From assembly GCA_018829445.1 (NCBI GenBank), contig JAHJTV010000066.1:79649-143648 (forward strand): DNA of 64,000 nucleotides, in the 5' to 3' direction. Shown piece after piece: positions 8,690 to 17,918 of this stretch (positions within the stretch are counted from its first letter, which is position 1; the number at the start of each line of letters is the position of its first letter). This stretch comes from a bacterium (GTDB lineage Bacteria; SAR324; XYD2-FULL-50-16). The notes under the pieces were generated by a model. That model was not told where the DNA came from, ran no database searches, and saw only the letters and a program-made list of their open reading frames with translations. The position numbers were made by a program, and so were the translations under genes.

Positions 8690-9637
8690 TTAGTTTTGGA
8701 TATTGAGTGGAACCTGGCCATTTTCTAGCCGACGGATATTTTCTGCCACTTCCCTCACAATTCCGCTTATGGAGACATCTGTCGATCCGGCAATGTGCGG
8801 TGTTGCTATTACATTGTATCTAAAAATAGCATCATTTGGATCAGGGGGTTCTTCCCAGAAAACATCCAATCCTGCTCCTGCAATCAGCCCTGAGGCAAGT
8901 GCATCTCCTAGTGCATCATGATCAATCAATCCACCCCTTGATAGATTGATTACGTAGGCACTTGATTTCATTTTGGCCAACGAAGATTGATCAATTAAAT
9001 GATGGCTTTCGGTTGTATCTGGAAGGCAAAGAATCACAAAATCAGATCGTTGTAACAGGTAATGTAAGTCTGTTGGTGTTCCCACCCATTCCAATCTCAG
9101 GTTTTTCGCGGCCTCTTCCGTGTTGTGACGTTTAATTCCCATCATTTTGACATCAAAAACCCTTAGCCTTCGGATCAAAGCCTGGGCAATACCTCCCAAT
9201 CCAATAAAACCGACTGTTTTTCCTGTCAAGGCCATACCTTGTGGTTCTCCCATCTTTCTATTCTTCAGGCTGTTTGCCATACCCCTGACATCTCTTGAAA
9301 GTCCTATCATCAGGTATATTCCCAGTTCAGCTACCGAGTCAGCATTTCCTGAAATATCGGTGGGAACATTGGCTACCAATACTCGGTGTTTTTTTGCTGC
9401 ATCAAGATCAATCATTTCGATTCCCGAACCACACTGTTGAATCAATCGCAACTGATCGCCAGTTTGAATGACTTCTTCGGTAATTGGGCTCATGGTGGGA
9501 ATCAATACATCGAATTCTTTGAGACTCTCAACTTTAAATTTTCCTGTTGCTACAAAATGATGATGAGGCAGTTTTGCCTGAATCAAACCTAAAAATTCTC
9601 CCCATGCATTTTCGGGAGCCGCAAACAGAATGTTCAT
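8690..9637 (-). CDS. D-isomer-specific 2-hydroxyacid dehydrogenase family, NAD-binding
   Basis: 315 aa. GxGxxG (GFIGLGGIAQAL), then NLSRGGLID and TPHIAGST catalytic-region motifs. Confidence 0.85.
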   Translation of the reverse strand: MNILFAAPENAWGEFLGLIQAKLPHHHFVATGKFKVESLKEFDVLIPTMSPITEEVIQTGDQLRLIQQCGSGIEMIDLDAAKKHRVLVANVPTDISGNADSVAELGIYLMIGLSRDVRGMANSLKNRKMGEPQGMALTGKTVGFIGLGGIAQALIRRLRVFDVKMMGIKRHNTEEAAKNLRLEWVGTPTDLHYLLQRSDFVILCLPDTTESHHLIDQSSLAKMKSSAYVINLSRGGLIDHDALGDALASGLIAGAGLDVFWEEPPDPNDAIFRYNVIATPHIAGSTDVSISGIVREVAENIRRLENGQVPLNIQN

Positions 9638-10018
9638 GTGAAAAATCCTTTAGATGACTGTTAAATTTTTTGAGGAAGAAGAGACACGGTTAATCCTTGT
9701 GATTGGATTTGCATGAATTGATTCGGCGCTATAATGTCTTTGATCTCTTCACGTCCAACGCAAGGTTACAACTTTATCAAAACAGTCTTATTGGAGCAAT
9801 AGTGGATTGGCACGAATCAGATTAAGTTTGTTCAACGTAACAATGCCTTTATCAATGCTGTTCCAATCTTTTGTGAGAGCAACATCCGATATTTGCAGTT
9901 GATTTTTAATCTTGAATTGGACAGTATATCGCAAGTTATCTATTATCAATGTTCTTGCATTTTGTTTGAATATTCCGGCACATTTTTTTGGATGTAAATC
10001 ATTTAGAAAAGGGGAAAC

Positions 10019-10690
10019 ATGGATGTTATCGATGCTATTAAAAGCAGGAAAAGCATAAGAGGTTTTAAACCGGATGCGGTATCAAAAGAACTATTAAAAG
10101 AGATACTGGAAGCGGCCTGCAGAGCCCCCTCGGCTATGAATACTCAACCGTGGGAGTTTTATGTGGTCGGGGGTGATGTTTTGAAGAAAATGAGAGTGGA
10201 GATTGTGGACAGCCTAAACAGTGGTGTTCCGATTATCCCGGAGCACAACGTAACCGGTTGGCCCAAAGAAAGTGTATTTCGTGATCGACAGGTTGGTTTG
10301 GCCATTGAGCTTTTTAAACTGATGGATATCCAGAGGGAAGACACTGAAAAACGGGCTGCCTGGATGGAGAGAGGATTCCGCTTTTTTGATGCTCCGGCGG
10401 TGATTATTATCGCCAATGATTGTCAGTTAACCGAAACCGGTCCATTACTGGACTTAGGAGCAGCCATGCAGAATATCTGCTTAGCGGCTTTGGCTCAAGG
10501 CCTTGGAACTTGCATTGAAGATCAGGGGGTTTTATATCCGAAAATCTGCCGTAAATATGCCAATATCCCTGAAAACAAACGAATTGTGATCTCCATTGCC
10601 ATTGGCTACCCGGACCCTGATTTTCCAGCCAATAAACTGGTTAGTAGCCGGGAAGCCGTGGACAAAGTCACGACCTGGACAGGATTTTAA
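10019..10690 (+). CDS. nitroreductase-family protein
   Basis: 223 aa. RKSIRGFKPD...APSAMNTQPWEF is the nitroreductase N-terminal signature. RBS AAGGGGA lies upstream. Confidence 0.85.
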   Translation: MDVIDAIKSRKSIRGFKPDAVSKELLKEILEAACRAPSAMNTQPWEFYVVGGDVLKKMRVEIVDSLNSGVPIIPEHNVTGWPKESVFRDRQVGLAIELFKLMDIQREDTEKRAAWMERGFRFFDAPAVIIIANDCQLTETGPLLDLGAAMQNICLAALAQGLGTCIEDQGVLYPKICRKYANIPENKRIVISIAIGYPDPDFPANKLVSSREAVDKVTTWTGF

Positions 10691-10771
10691 GAGTTATTGA
10701 GTTATCAATGAAGCGTACGACCTAACTAACTGAAACATTTATCGTTTGTTACTTTGCGAAAAAACTGGCAT

Positions 10772-11215
10772 ATGAAAATAGAGAATCAGGTTTGCTCGGT
10801 TGATCAGGCAAAACGATTAGTAGAACTTGGAATTCGTCTGCAAACCTTCTTTCAGTGGGAATTGCCCGTTAATACAAAGAGGTCTGATCCGGATGTTTTT
10901 TCCTTGTCTGTTGTTTCGTCTATCCCCGGGAAAAAGGTCATCTCTTACCCTGCTCCAAGTGTGGCGGAACTTGGAGAACTGCTGCCCACTGTTATCAGTC
11001 TGGAAGAGGAAGATCTTTTTATCCAGGGATCATTGGGAAAACGTCGGGGTGAATTCCACTATATCTGGTTTCAATCATCGCTCGACAATGTGGAATGGGA
11101 GCTATTCCCTGCCATTGAAAAAGATACCGAAGCGGAAGCCAGGGCGGAGGCCTTAATCTGGTTGATTGAAAACGACTATGTCAAACTTGAGGATTTAAGG
11201 GAGGAGGCTGGATAA
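10772..11215 (+). CDS. hypothetical protein
   Basis: The ORF track gives 10754 (TTG); the first ATG is at 10772. No domain recognised. SVAELGELLP...ALIWLIENDYV weakly recalls small phage-associated hypothetical proteins. Confidence 0.5.
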   Translation: MKIENQVCSVDQAKRLVELGIRLQTFFQWELPVNTKRSDPDVFSLSVVSSIPGKKVISYPAPSVAELGELLPTVISLEEEDLFIQGSLGKRRGEFHYIWFQSSLDNVEWELFPAIEKDTEAEARAEALIWLIENDYVKLEDLREEAG

Positions 11216-11435
11216 AACCATTGATTCTTGAGTAAAAAACTCAACCTTCCGTGATCGGTTGTTTTATACAAAATGATCGACATACCGGAAATATTGGCAG
11301 GTTTTGATCTTTTGTCAGCTTGTTACACTTACTGCATAATTCCCCTTGTTTCTCGTTCATTGTTCTGATAATAATACGTTTTCATAACAAGAGAAGGCGA
11401 ACTATCTGTTATTTGAAAATAGAAAGGAGAGAAGA

Positions 11436-12797
11436 ATGAAAGGCAATTATGATATTCTGATTGTCGGAGCCGGAACAGCCGGCGTTTATTTTGGCTGGCA
11501 AATGGCATTGCGTGGCCATTCAGTGTGCATTGTCGAACGTAGTAAAAGAGAAAATGTTGGAAAACGGTTAGAAGTTTTTCATATTGATAGCATTAAATTC
11601 AGTGAATTCCAGGTTCCCCCACCCGAAGAGACCTCACCGGAGTTTTTCTGCAAATTCGATACGGGTCTTTTTTATGCCCCGGATGGTTCTTGCCAAAAAG
11701 AAGTAACCTATCCCTTTCATGTCATGAGCCTTCCGCTCTTCCTGCAAAGAATGTTTGAACTGGCTGAAGAGGCAGGGGTTCACTTTGAATTTGAGACCAG
11801 CTTTGAGTCTCTTGTTCTCAAGAGCGGTAAAATCAAAGGAGCGGAAGTTAAACACCAGAATGAAATCTGGAAAATAGAAGCAGGTCTGTTGGTTGATGCA
11901 TCGGGTATCAATGCCCATGTACGTTCACAGCTCCCTCAAGATTATGGTATTGAAACGTTTGAACCGGGCCCCAATGAGAAATTTTATGTGGTGCTGCGGT
12001 ACATAAAATGGCTGGGTACGGACTATCCAAAGATCCAGTATACAAAAAGTTGGAGCTTTTATAAAACCTGGCTGGCCCCTTCCACCGATGAGAGCAGGGC
12101 TATTATCGGGGTTGGTGCGACCGGATCATATGATCATGGGGAGGAGGTGCTCAAAGATTTCTTCAACACAATTGAACTGCCACCATATGAGATCGAACGT
12201 TTTGAAAGAGGGGTAACCCCGTTTAGACGTCCACCTTATTCGTTTGTCAGCGATGGTTTCCTGTGCCTTGGAGACGCCGCTTGCCTGACAAAACCCTTTT
12301 CCGGTGAAGGCGTAACAGCAGCCTGGAAACTGTGTCAAATTGCGGCTGATGTGGTAGATAATGCCTTGAAAAGCGGCCAGCTATTGTCAGCCGAAGCCCT
12401 GTGGGATATCAATGTACAATACTATCGCAACCAGGGTGCCAAATTCGCCGGAATTCTTTCCACGGTACCTTCTGCCGCCAACACCAGTAAAAAAGAGAAC
12501 CATTATATGTTCCGAAAAGATATTGTGTTTTCCTCGGAAGATTTCACAGACATGAACAGGGATTTTGAAATGCACCTGTCCATGGGAAAGATCCTGAAAA
12601 TAGTATTCAATCTGATTAGCGGTGTTCTTACCGGAAATTACTCGTTGGCCAGTCTGAAAGCCATGCTGAAATCGGTTACTATTTCCGGAAAAGTGAGACA
12701 ACACTATGAGAATTATCCAAATACTCCCAAAGAGTTTCACTCCTGGATGCTTGTGGCAGATACCTTATGGAAACAAGCCAATGCTGAAATGGCATAG
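11436..12797 (+). CDS. FAD-dependent oxidoreductase (geranylgeranyl-reductase-like)
   Basis: 453 aa. N-terminal dinucleotide fold DILIVGAGTAGVYFG...VCIVER, then GDAAC motif. Strong RBS GAAAGGAGA. Confidence 0.8.
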   Translation: MKGNYDILIVGAGTAGVYFGWQMALRGHSVCIVERSKRENVGKRLEVFHIDSIKFSEFQVPPPEETSPEFFCKFDTGLFYAPDGSCQKEVTYPFHVMSLPLFLQRMFELAEEAGVHFEFETSFESLVLKSGKIKGAEVKHQNEIWKIEAGLLVDASGINAHVRSQLPQDYGIETFEPGPNEKFYVVLRYIKWLGTDYPKIQYTKSWSFYKTWLAPSTDESRAIIGVGATGSYDHGEEVLKDFFNTIELPPYEIERFERGVTPFRRPPYSFVSDGFLCLGDAACLTKPFSGEGVTAAWKLCQIAADVVDNALKSGQLLSAEALWDINVQYYRNQGAKFAGILSTVPSAANTSKKENHYMFRKDIVFSSEDFTDMNRDFEMHLSMGKILKIVFNLISGVLTGNYSLASLKAMLKSVTISGKVRQHYENYPNTPKEFHSWMLVADTLWKQANAEMA

Positions 12798-12824
12798 TCA
12801 CTTATTCACATAAACATTTAGCTG

Positions 12825-13025
12825 TTGGCGATTGGCAGTTGGCTTATAGTGAAAGCCATTCTGGATCAGCCCGGTCCGATCCCACGCTTTGTCGGGGTTC
12901 ATCTCTTTGCCTATAATACTACCATTACGGATGTTTACAATTTTGTTCAAAGCCTTGATCCCGACCGTGTAAAGGTTGTCAGGGCAGATGAATTTCTCCT
13001 GGCTGCAGAGCAGTATCTGAGCTAG
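12825..13025 (+). pseudogene. orphan 66-codon ORF, possibly the C-terminal remnant of a larger gene
   Basis: TTG start with no RBS, wedged between the oxidoreductase and the GPH transporter. RFVGVHLFAYNTTITDVYNFVQSLDPDRVKVVRADEFLLAAEQY reads like the tail of a folded domain rather than a standalone protein. Confidence 0.3.
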
Positions 13026-13028
13026 AAA

Positions 13029-14396
13029 TTGAGTATAACCATAACAAAAAAAAATGGAATGAAATCATTACGTCTGTCTACAAAGATTTATTACCTGTTC
13101 GGTGATATCGGGGTTTCCACTTGTTTATCGGCCATTGCCTTTTTTATGCTCTTTTTTTTCACGGATGTGGCTCATCTTGATCCCGCCCTGGTGGGAACCG
13201 TTCTATTGATCGGCAAACTATGGGATGCTGTCAATGATCCCCTGTTTGGCTGGATCTCCGATCGAACCCAGTCTCGTTTTGGTAAACGACGGGTATATCT
13301 CCTATTCGGCACAATCCCGCTTGGTCTCTCCTTTGTTTTACTTTGGATGATTCCGACAGGGGCTTCCAATGCCTTGGCTATTGTCTGGCTGCTGGGAACT
13401 TTCTTTCTGTTCTATAGCTTTATCACTATTGTTTCTGTGTCGTACTATGCCATGACACCGGAACTTACACGCGACTACGACGAGCGCACCAGTCTGACCA
13501 CTTTTCGCATGATCGGTGGCAGTGCCGGGTATATGGCCGGCGCAGCATTACCGCCCCTGATTGCCGGGCTTTTTGTTACGGAACAGATAGGTTGGAGGGT
13601 GATGGGGCTTTGCCTTGGCGTTTTTACAGTACTATGCCTTTTTATCACTGCTTTTGGTGTAAGAATAGATGAGAATATGGAAAGTCCGCCTTCGACCATG
13701 CCTCCGATTAAATCAATTCTATCCTGTTTTAAAAACCGACCCTACAATTACATTCTGATCCAGGGCGCAATTACCGGGATGTCATTTATGCTGATCATGT
13801 CTTACATGTCCTTTTACTTAACCTATCAACTGGATATGAGAGATCAGATCCCGCTGATAATGGCATTGTATATCGGCACTATCGCACTTTTTCTATTCTT
13901 CTGGAAATGGCTTGCAGATCGGTGGGCCAAGGGACCGACGTATGCATTGGGACTGTTTATAGCCTTTGGCACCCTTGCGTTATCCTTTTTTTTACCCCAG
14001 GGACGAAGCAACCTGATCTATGTTATCCTGTTAATATCCGCATTCGGTATGTCAGCCCAGTGGGTGCTTCCCTGGTCAATTTTACCGGATGTTGTGGAAT
14101 ATGATGAATTGATGACCGGTGAGCGACGGGAAGGAATGTATTATGGCCTCAGAGGACTCCTGGGGAAAATTTCCGATGCCGTAGGTATATTTGTGGGTGG
14201 CTGGGTGCTTAAGCTGTTTGCATTTGTCCCGGAAACCGCCCAGACTCCGGAAACCCTGTTTGGTATTCGCTTGTTTTTCGGACCGATCCCTGCTCTGCTG
14301 ATATTTATCAGCCTGCCTCTCTTGATCTGGTTCCCCATCAATCGTCAGATTCATGCTGAAACACTGGAAAAGCTGAAATTAATGCGATTCAATTAG
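13029..14396 (+). CDS. MFS transporter, glycoside-pentoside-hexuronide (GPH):cation symporter family
   Basis: 455 aa. GPH signature DAVNDPLFGWISDRTQSRFGKRR. About 12 TM helices. Alternative ATG start at 13059. Confidence 0.85.
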   Translation: MSITITKKNGMKSLRLSTKIYYLFGDIGVSTCLSAIAFFMLFFFTDVAHLDPALVGTVLLIGKLWDAVNDPLFGWISDRTQSRFGKRRVYLLFGTIPLGLSFVLLWMIPTGASNALAIVWLLGTFFLFYSFITIVSVSYYAMTPELTRDYDERTSLTTFRMIGGSAGYMAGAALPPLIAGLFVTEQIGWRVMGLCLGVFTVLCLFITAFGVRIDENMESPPSTMPPIKSILSCFKNRPYNYILIQGAITGMSFMLIMSYMSFYLTYQLDMRDQIPLIMALYIGTIALFLFFWKWLADRWAKGPTYALGLFIAFGTLALSFFLPQGRSNLIYVILLISAFGMSAQWVLPWSILPDVVEYDELMTGERREGMYYGLRGLLGKISDAVGIFVGGWVLKLFAFVPETAQTPETLFGIRLFFGPIPALLIFISLPLLIWFPINRQIHAETLEKLKLMRFN

Positions 14397-14401
14397 TATT
14401 G

Positions 14402-14438
14402 AACAATAGGGCTGCCCGTAAGGCCGCCCTATTGTTTT
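14402..14438 (+). terminator. Rho-independent terminator after the GPH transporter gene
   Basis: AACAATAGGGC (14402..14412) pairs with GCCCTATTGTT (14426..14436), followed by TT(AA). It begins 6 nt after the stop codon. Confidence 0.7.
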
Positions 14439-14524
14439 AAGATGTGTTTTATCCGTTTAATTCCCATCTCACCCCAATTCCCGCCTGAGTTGCGGATTGG
14501 CAACGGCCGTCTGATATTTCTATG

Positions 14525-15289
14525 TTATCCCTCGTTCCATGCCGGCTTATCTCGGTGTTTTGAATGTGATTTTGTTTTTTGGCCTGTCAATCCATAGTTC
14601 CAGAAGTACCATTTTTTTACATGCAGAAATTTTCTAACAGGTGTTTTAATAACAACAAGCAGCAGTCCGATTGAAAACAGGCACCAGACAGCAGGCCACT
14701 CATTGAGGTTATTGGTTAGTAGATGGGCCAATGATGGACCGACCAGCGCGTGATAGAGTGTCATTCGCCATGATCCATACAAAACGGGTAAAACAAAGGC
14801 GGGAATGGTGTATCCCAAGGTATATAAATAGCTCAGTCCATTCAGGGGAATATTCCAGGCAATATGCCAACTGCCGTGAACGGAGCAGATATTCTGTGCG
14901 CAAATAGGCTCCGTTCCAATAAGGCAACTTCCAGACCAGGCAAAAGGATACAGTTTGATGATCATTATTATGGTGCCGGCAAAACAGACGGCATAGACAT
15001 AATATGATATTTTATCCCGGATCTGCTGCGGAATAAAATTCATCGATACCATATTTATGAAAAACGGCTGAAAGGCTATGTGCAAGTAACCTAACACGGT
15101 TAAGACCTGGTTTACATGAGAGCTGCAATTATCGATGTATGTATAGGTTATCGCTTGTAATAATTCCATTAATGAAAAATACCCCAATGGTATCCAGAGC
15201 TCTTTTTTTTCCTTTTTTACTGCCACATAGATCGTACTTGTAAGCCCTACGGTTGCAAGCACAGCGGACGCCTCACCACTCCAGCACAT
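14525..15289 (-). CDS. multi-pass membrane protein (possibly DUF5765-like)
   Basis: The ORF track start is 15334. The internal ATG at 15289 (MCWSGEASAV...) has RBS GAGGTGA upstream and matches my recollection of the MCWS N-terminus of that family. 6-7 TM helices. Confidence 0.6.
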   Translation of the reverse strand: MCWSGEASAVLATVGLTSTIYVAVKKEKKELWIPLGYFSLMELLQAITYTYIDNCSSHVNQVLTVLGYLHIAFQPFFINMVSMNFIPQQIRDKISYYVYAVCFAGTIIMIIKLYPFAWSGSCLIGTEPICAQNICSVHGSWHIAWNIPLNGLSYLYTLGYTIPAFVLPVLYGSWRMTLYHALVGPSLAHLLTNNLNEWPAVWCLFSIGLLLVVIKTPVRKFLHVKKWYFWNYGLTGQKTKSHSKHRDKPAWNEG

Positions 15290-15433
15290 ATACTCACCTC
15301 TTTTATAAGATTGATTGAAAGTTACAAAATTCAATAAAATGAGTCCATTCCGTAAAGTATTATCATATTCAATTTTAAGGCTTTTATCTCAATAATCGAG
15401 AAGCCATGGAAATTCTAAACCGCTGTCATGCTG

Positions 15434-15466
15434 GATCCCCGGTCAAGCTGAGGACAGGCCCGATTC
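15434..15466. repeat. short GC-rich repeat unit (GATCCCCGGTCAAGCTGAGGACAGGCCCGATTCC)
   Basis: Near-identical to 39481..39512 (TCCCCAGTCAAGCTGAGGACATGCCCGATCC). Confidence 0.75.
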
Positions 15467-15503
15467 CATAAGCGCTTACTCAAGCAAATATTACCAGGAG
15501 CAA

Positions 15504-15659
15504 GGATTACGGTAGGGCGGGGTTACATCCCCGCCAGAACCAACTCAAAGTCGGCCATGTAAGGCCGCCCTACCGTCAAAGTCGGCCATGTAAGGCCGCC
15601 CTACCGTTTTGAAAAACTAAATTTTGTATCGAACACATCCTTATTTAAGCGCTTATGGG
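15504..15659. repeat. composite REP-like intergenic repeat, copy A (contains a perfect 31-bp tandem duplication)
   Basis: GGATTACGGTAGGGCGGGGTTACATCCCCGCC...GGCCATGTAAGGCCGCCCTACC...TTTGAAAAACT.AATTTTGTATCGAA.ACATCCTTATTTAAGCGCTTATGGG recurs at 35970..36094 with about 8 substitutions. 15545..15575 and 15576..15606 are identical tandem units. GGTAGGGCGG / CCGCCCTACC form nested inverted repeats. Confidence 0.9.
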
Positions 15660-15704
15660 ACTTGATCCGGCATCTATGGGATTTAACCATAAATCTAAAA
15701 CCCT

Positions 15705-15731
15705 GGATTCCGGCTCGAAAGCCGGAATGAC
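15705..15731. repeat. short palindromic unit GGATTCCGGC-TCGAAA-GCCGGAATGAC
   Basis: 8-bp perfect stem. Same family as 40247..40270 (GTCATTCCGGC-CTTGA-GCCGGAAC). Confidence 0.7.
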
Positions 15732-15758
15732 AAAAAATCGACTGTTCGGAGCGGACTC

Positions 15759-16043
15759 ATAACTCAAGTTTCGCACCTGTTTTGATAGCTGGTGTTCATA
15801 CTGATAAGCATTTTTTATTCATGGGACTGCCTAAGAGCTCTTAGTGATCAGTAATTGGCTGTTAGCTTTAATCTGACTCGCTTCGCTCCATTATATTGAT
15901 ATTATGATAAAACGTACCAAAGGTGCTCAATATAAAGCAAAAGGCTAACTGCTAAAAGCTGATTGCTTTTCTAATACTACTGCTATCTAAAAACGCTGAT
16001 AGAGTTTTAAAAGAGCAAAACAAGGGTGCGAAACTTGAGTTAT
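15759..16043. mobile_element. MITE-like 285-bp element bounded by perfect 19-bp terminal inverted repeats
   Basis: ATAACTCAAGTTTCGCACC (15759..15777) and GGTGCGAAACTTGAGTTAT (16025..16043) are exact reverse complements. Complementarity continues inward (TGTTTTG / CAAAACA). The interior is AT-rich and non-coding, with a perfect 14-bp palindrome CTAAGAGCTCTTAG (15831..15844). Confidence 0.5.
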
Positions 16044-16091
16044 AAAATCTAAATATAAAAGGTTTGAGCAAACTGAGTGTAAAACAAGCGT

Positions 16092-16140
16092 AAAAAAAAG
16101 GGCTCTGTTTTGGAGTTTTCTCAAAACAAAGCCCCTTTTT
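16092..16140 (-). terminator. Rho-independent terminator of the HK-RR operon (bidirectional shape)
   Basis: On the minus strand AAAGGGGCTTTGTTTTG and CAAAACAGAGCCCTTT form an imperfect ~16-bp stem followed by TTTTTTT. It lies ~50 nt after the response-regulator stop. Confidence 0.7.
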
Positions 16141-16192
16141 CAGGGGGGAAAGACGATCAATCAAGATGGGAAAAGATACAGGTGTTCCGGAT

Positions 16193-16903
16193 TTAACTGG
16201 TAAAAATATAACCGGCAATGCGAACACTTTTGATAAATATTGGGTTTGATGGGTCAGGTTCAAAGTATTTCCTAAGACGCATGATAAAGTTATCAACCGT
16301 GCGGGTTTCCATTTCCGTACTTACATTCCAGACCTTATCCAACAACTCTTTGCGGGATACAATCCGGCCCTTATTAACAACCAAATACTTTAAAACCATG
16401 GCTTCATGAGATGTCAGACAGAATTGACGAGCTCCGGAACGGCAACTCAGGTCATCGAAATTCACTTCATTGTTGCCGAAATAATAGATAGGAGTCACAT
16501 TGGACGCCTCATTATACCAGGTCTTCCTTCTGAGCATTCCCTTGATTCTTGCCAGCAACTCCTGCAAATGAAAGGGTTTGGTGAGGTAATCATCAGCTCC
16601 CAGTTCCAGACCCAATACTCTGTCTTTATGTTCGGTTCGAGCTGTCAGCATCAGGATCGGCAATCGGGGGGATTTTTCTCTGATGCTCCTGGCGACTTCA
16701 AACCCGTTATAGTAGGGCAGCATAATATCAAGGACAATCAGGTCAAACGAATACGACCTGAAATATTCCAGGGCTTTTCTACCGTCATCTGCCCTGACTA
16801 CCGAATAACCTTCTTCCTGAAGATTGTATTCCAAACCAATGGCCAGTGTTTCTTCATCTTCAACCAATAATATCCTGCTTCCCTTATAATCATTGTTATC
16901 CAC
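16193..16903 (-). CDS. OmpR/PhoB-family response regulator
   Basis: 236 aa. REC (RILLVEDEE...DLIVLDIMLP...LTAR) plus a winged-helix C-terminus (LTSHEAMVLKYLV...VDNFIMRLRKYFE). Overlaps the upstream kinase gene by 8 nt. Confidence 0.9.
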   Translation of the reverse strand: MDNNDYKGSRILLVEDEETLAIGLEYNLQEEGYSVVRADDGRKALEYFRSYSFDLIVLDIMLPYYNGFEVARSIREKSPRLPILMLTARTEHKDRVLGLELGADDYLTKPFHLQELLARIKGMLRRKTWYNEASNVTPIYYFGNNEVNFDDLSCRSGARQFCLTSHEAMVLKYLVVNKGRIVSRKELLDKVWNVSTEMETRTVDNFIMRLRKYFEPDPSNPIFIKSVRIAGYIFTS

Positions 16904-17918
16904 GATTCACCTCCTGTCTCTGTCGCATTAATCGGGTAATTTTCAATAAGCTGCTGAGATATCGCTTTCGGGTGACATTAAAAATCGGTAGTTTAATTCG
17001 AAAGGTGGTTCCTTTATACTCCCCGTCACTGAACAGCTCTATCTTCCCCCCATGGTGCCTGACTATTTCCTTCACCAGATAAAGTCCTAAACCTGTCCCT
17101 TTCACATTCGGAATATTCGAATTGTAGATGCGATGAAATTTGTCAAATACTTTTTTTTGCTCCGGGAAAGGAATTCCGATGCCGTTGTCGCAGAATTCGA
17201 TCACAATCATTTTTGTATTACGTTTGAGGTTTATTATGATTTGAACGGGATCTATGGAGTATTTGATGGCGTTGTCAAACAGATTTCTAAAAACTGTTTT
17301 TAAGGCGTTGAGATCCGCCACAAACTGAAGTGAAACTTCTCCACGAATCGTCACAGTATCAACCGGCAGTTTAAGCTGTTGTCGAGCTTCGTCAATAACC
17401 GTTCTCAACGCAGAATCGGCATTATAGACCTGACACTCAAACAGCATCCTTTTCTGCTCAAGTCCGGTAATCTCCAAAACAGAATTAACAAGACCGGTGA
17501 GGCGGTTTGTATCCCTTCTCATCATTGCTATGAACTCTTTCTGTTTTGAGCGGGGAATATCGCGGTTATCCATGGTATCCAGGTATAATTGAATGGAGGC
17601 CAGGGGTGATTTAAGTTCGTGGGTGATATTTCCTATAAAGTTATCATACAGTTTGGCGATTTTTAACTGGATATTCAGGTTTCTGAAAATCAGAATCATG
17701 CCCAGGTAGATGGCAGCAAACAGGCCACAACCGCAGATCAGTATGATCACATCTATCCCTTCCGTCGTTACCCGGGATGCAATGTCCTTTTCGATTTGTG
17801 TGATGTTAAGATGGTTAAAAACATACCTGAATATCCAAAGGCCCAGGAGTGAGAACAGGGCCAGTTGGGCAAAAATAAACACGATAAGGTAAAATAGTTG
17901 TGAACGTCTTTTTTTCAT
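16896..17918 (-). CDS. sensor histidine kinase (2 TM, HisKA + HATPase_c)
   Basis: 340 aa. H-box ITHELKSPLASI, N-box FDNAIKYS, G-boxes DNGIGIP and GTGLGLYLV. Confidence 0.9.
   Translation of the reverse strand: MKKRRSQLFYLIVFIFAQLALFSLLGLWIFRYVFNHLNITQIEKDIASRVTTEGIDVIILICGCGLFAAIYLGMILIFRNLNIQLKIAKLYDNFIGNITHELKSPLASIQLYLDTMDNRDIPRSKQKEFIAMMRRDTNRLTGLVNSVLEITGLEQKRMLFECQVYNADSALRTVIDEARQQLKLPVDTVTIRGEVSLQFVADLNALKTVFRNLFDNAIKYSIDPVQIIINLKRNTKMIVIEFCDNGIGIPFPEQKKVFDKFHRIYNSNIPNVKGTGLGLYLVKEIVRHHGGKIELFSDGEYKGTTFRIKLPIFNVTRKRYLSSLLKITRLMRQRQEVNRG

Noticed and set aside
9808-9823. TGGCACGAATCAGATT upstream of the nitroreductase gene as a sigma-54 promoter
   Set aside because: The -24 half is perfect, but there is no TTGC or GC at the -12 position.
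15545-15606. Perfect 31-bp tandem duplication as a possible mini-CRISPR
   Set aside because: The two units are directly adjacent with no spacer, are part of a REP-like element also found at 35970, and no cas genes are present.
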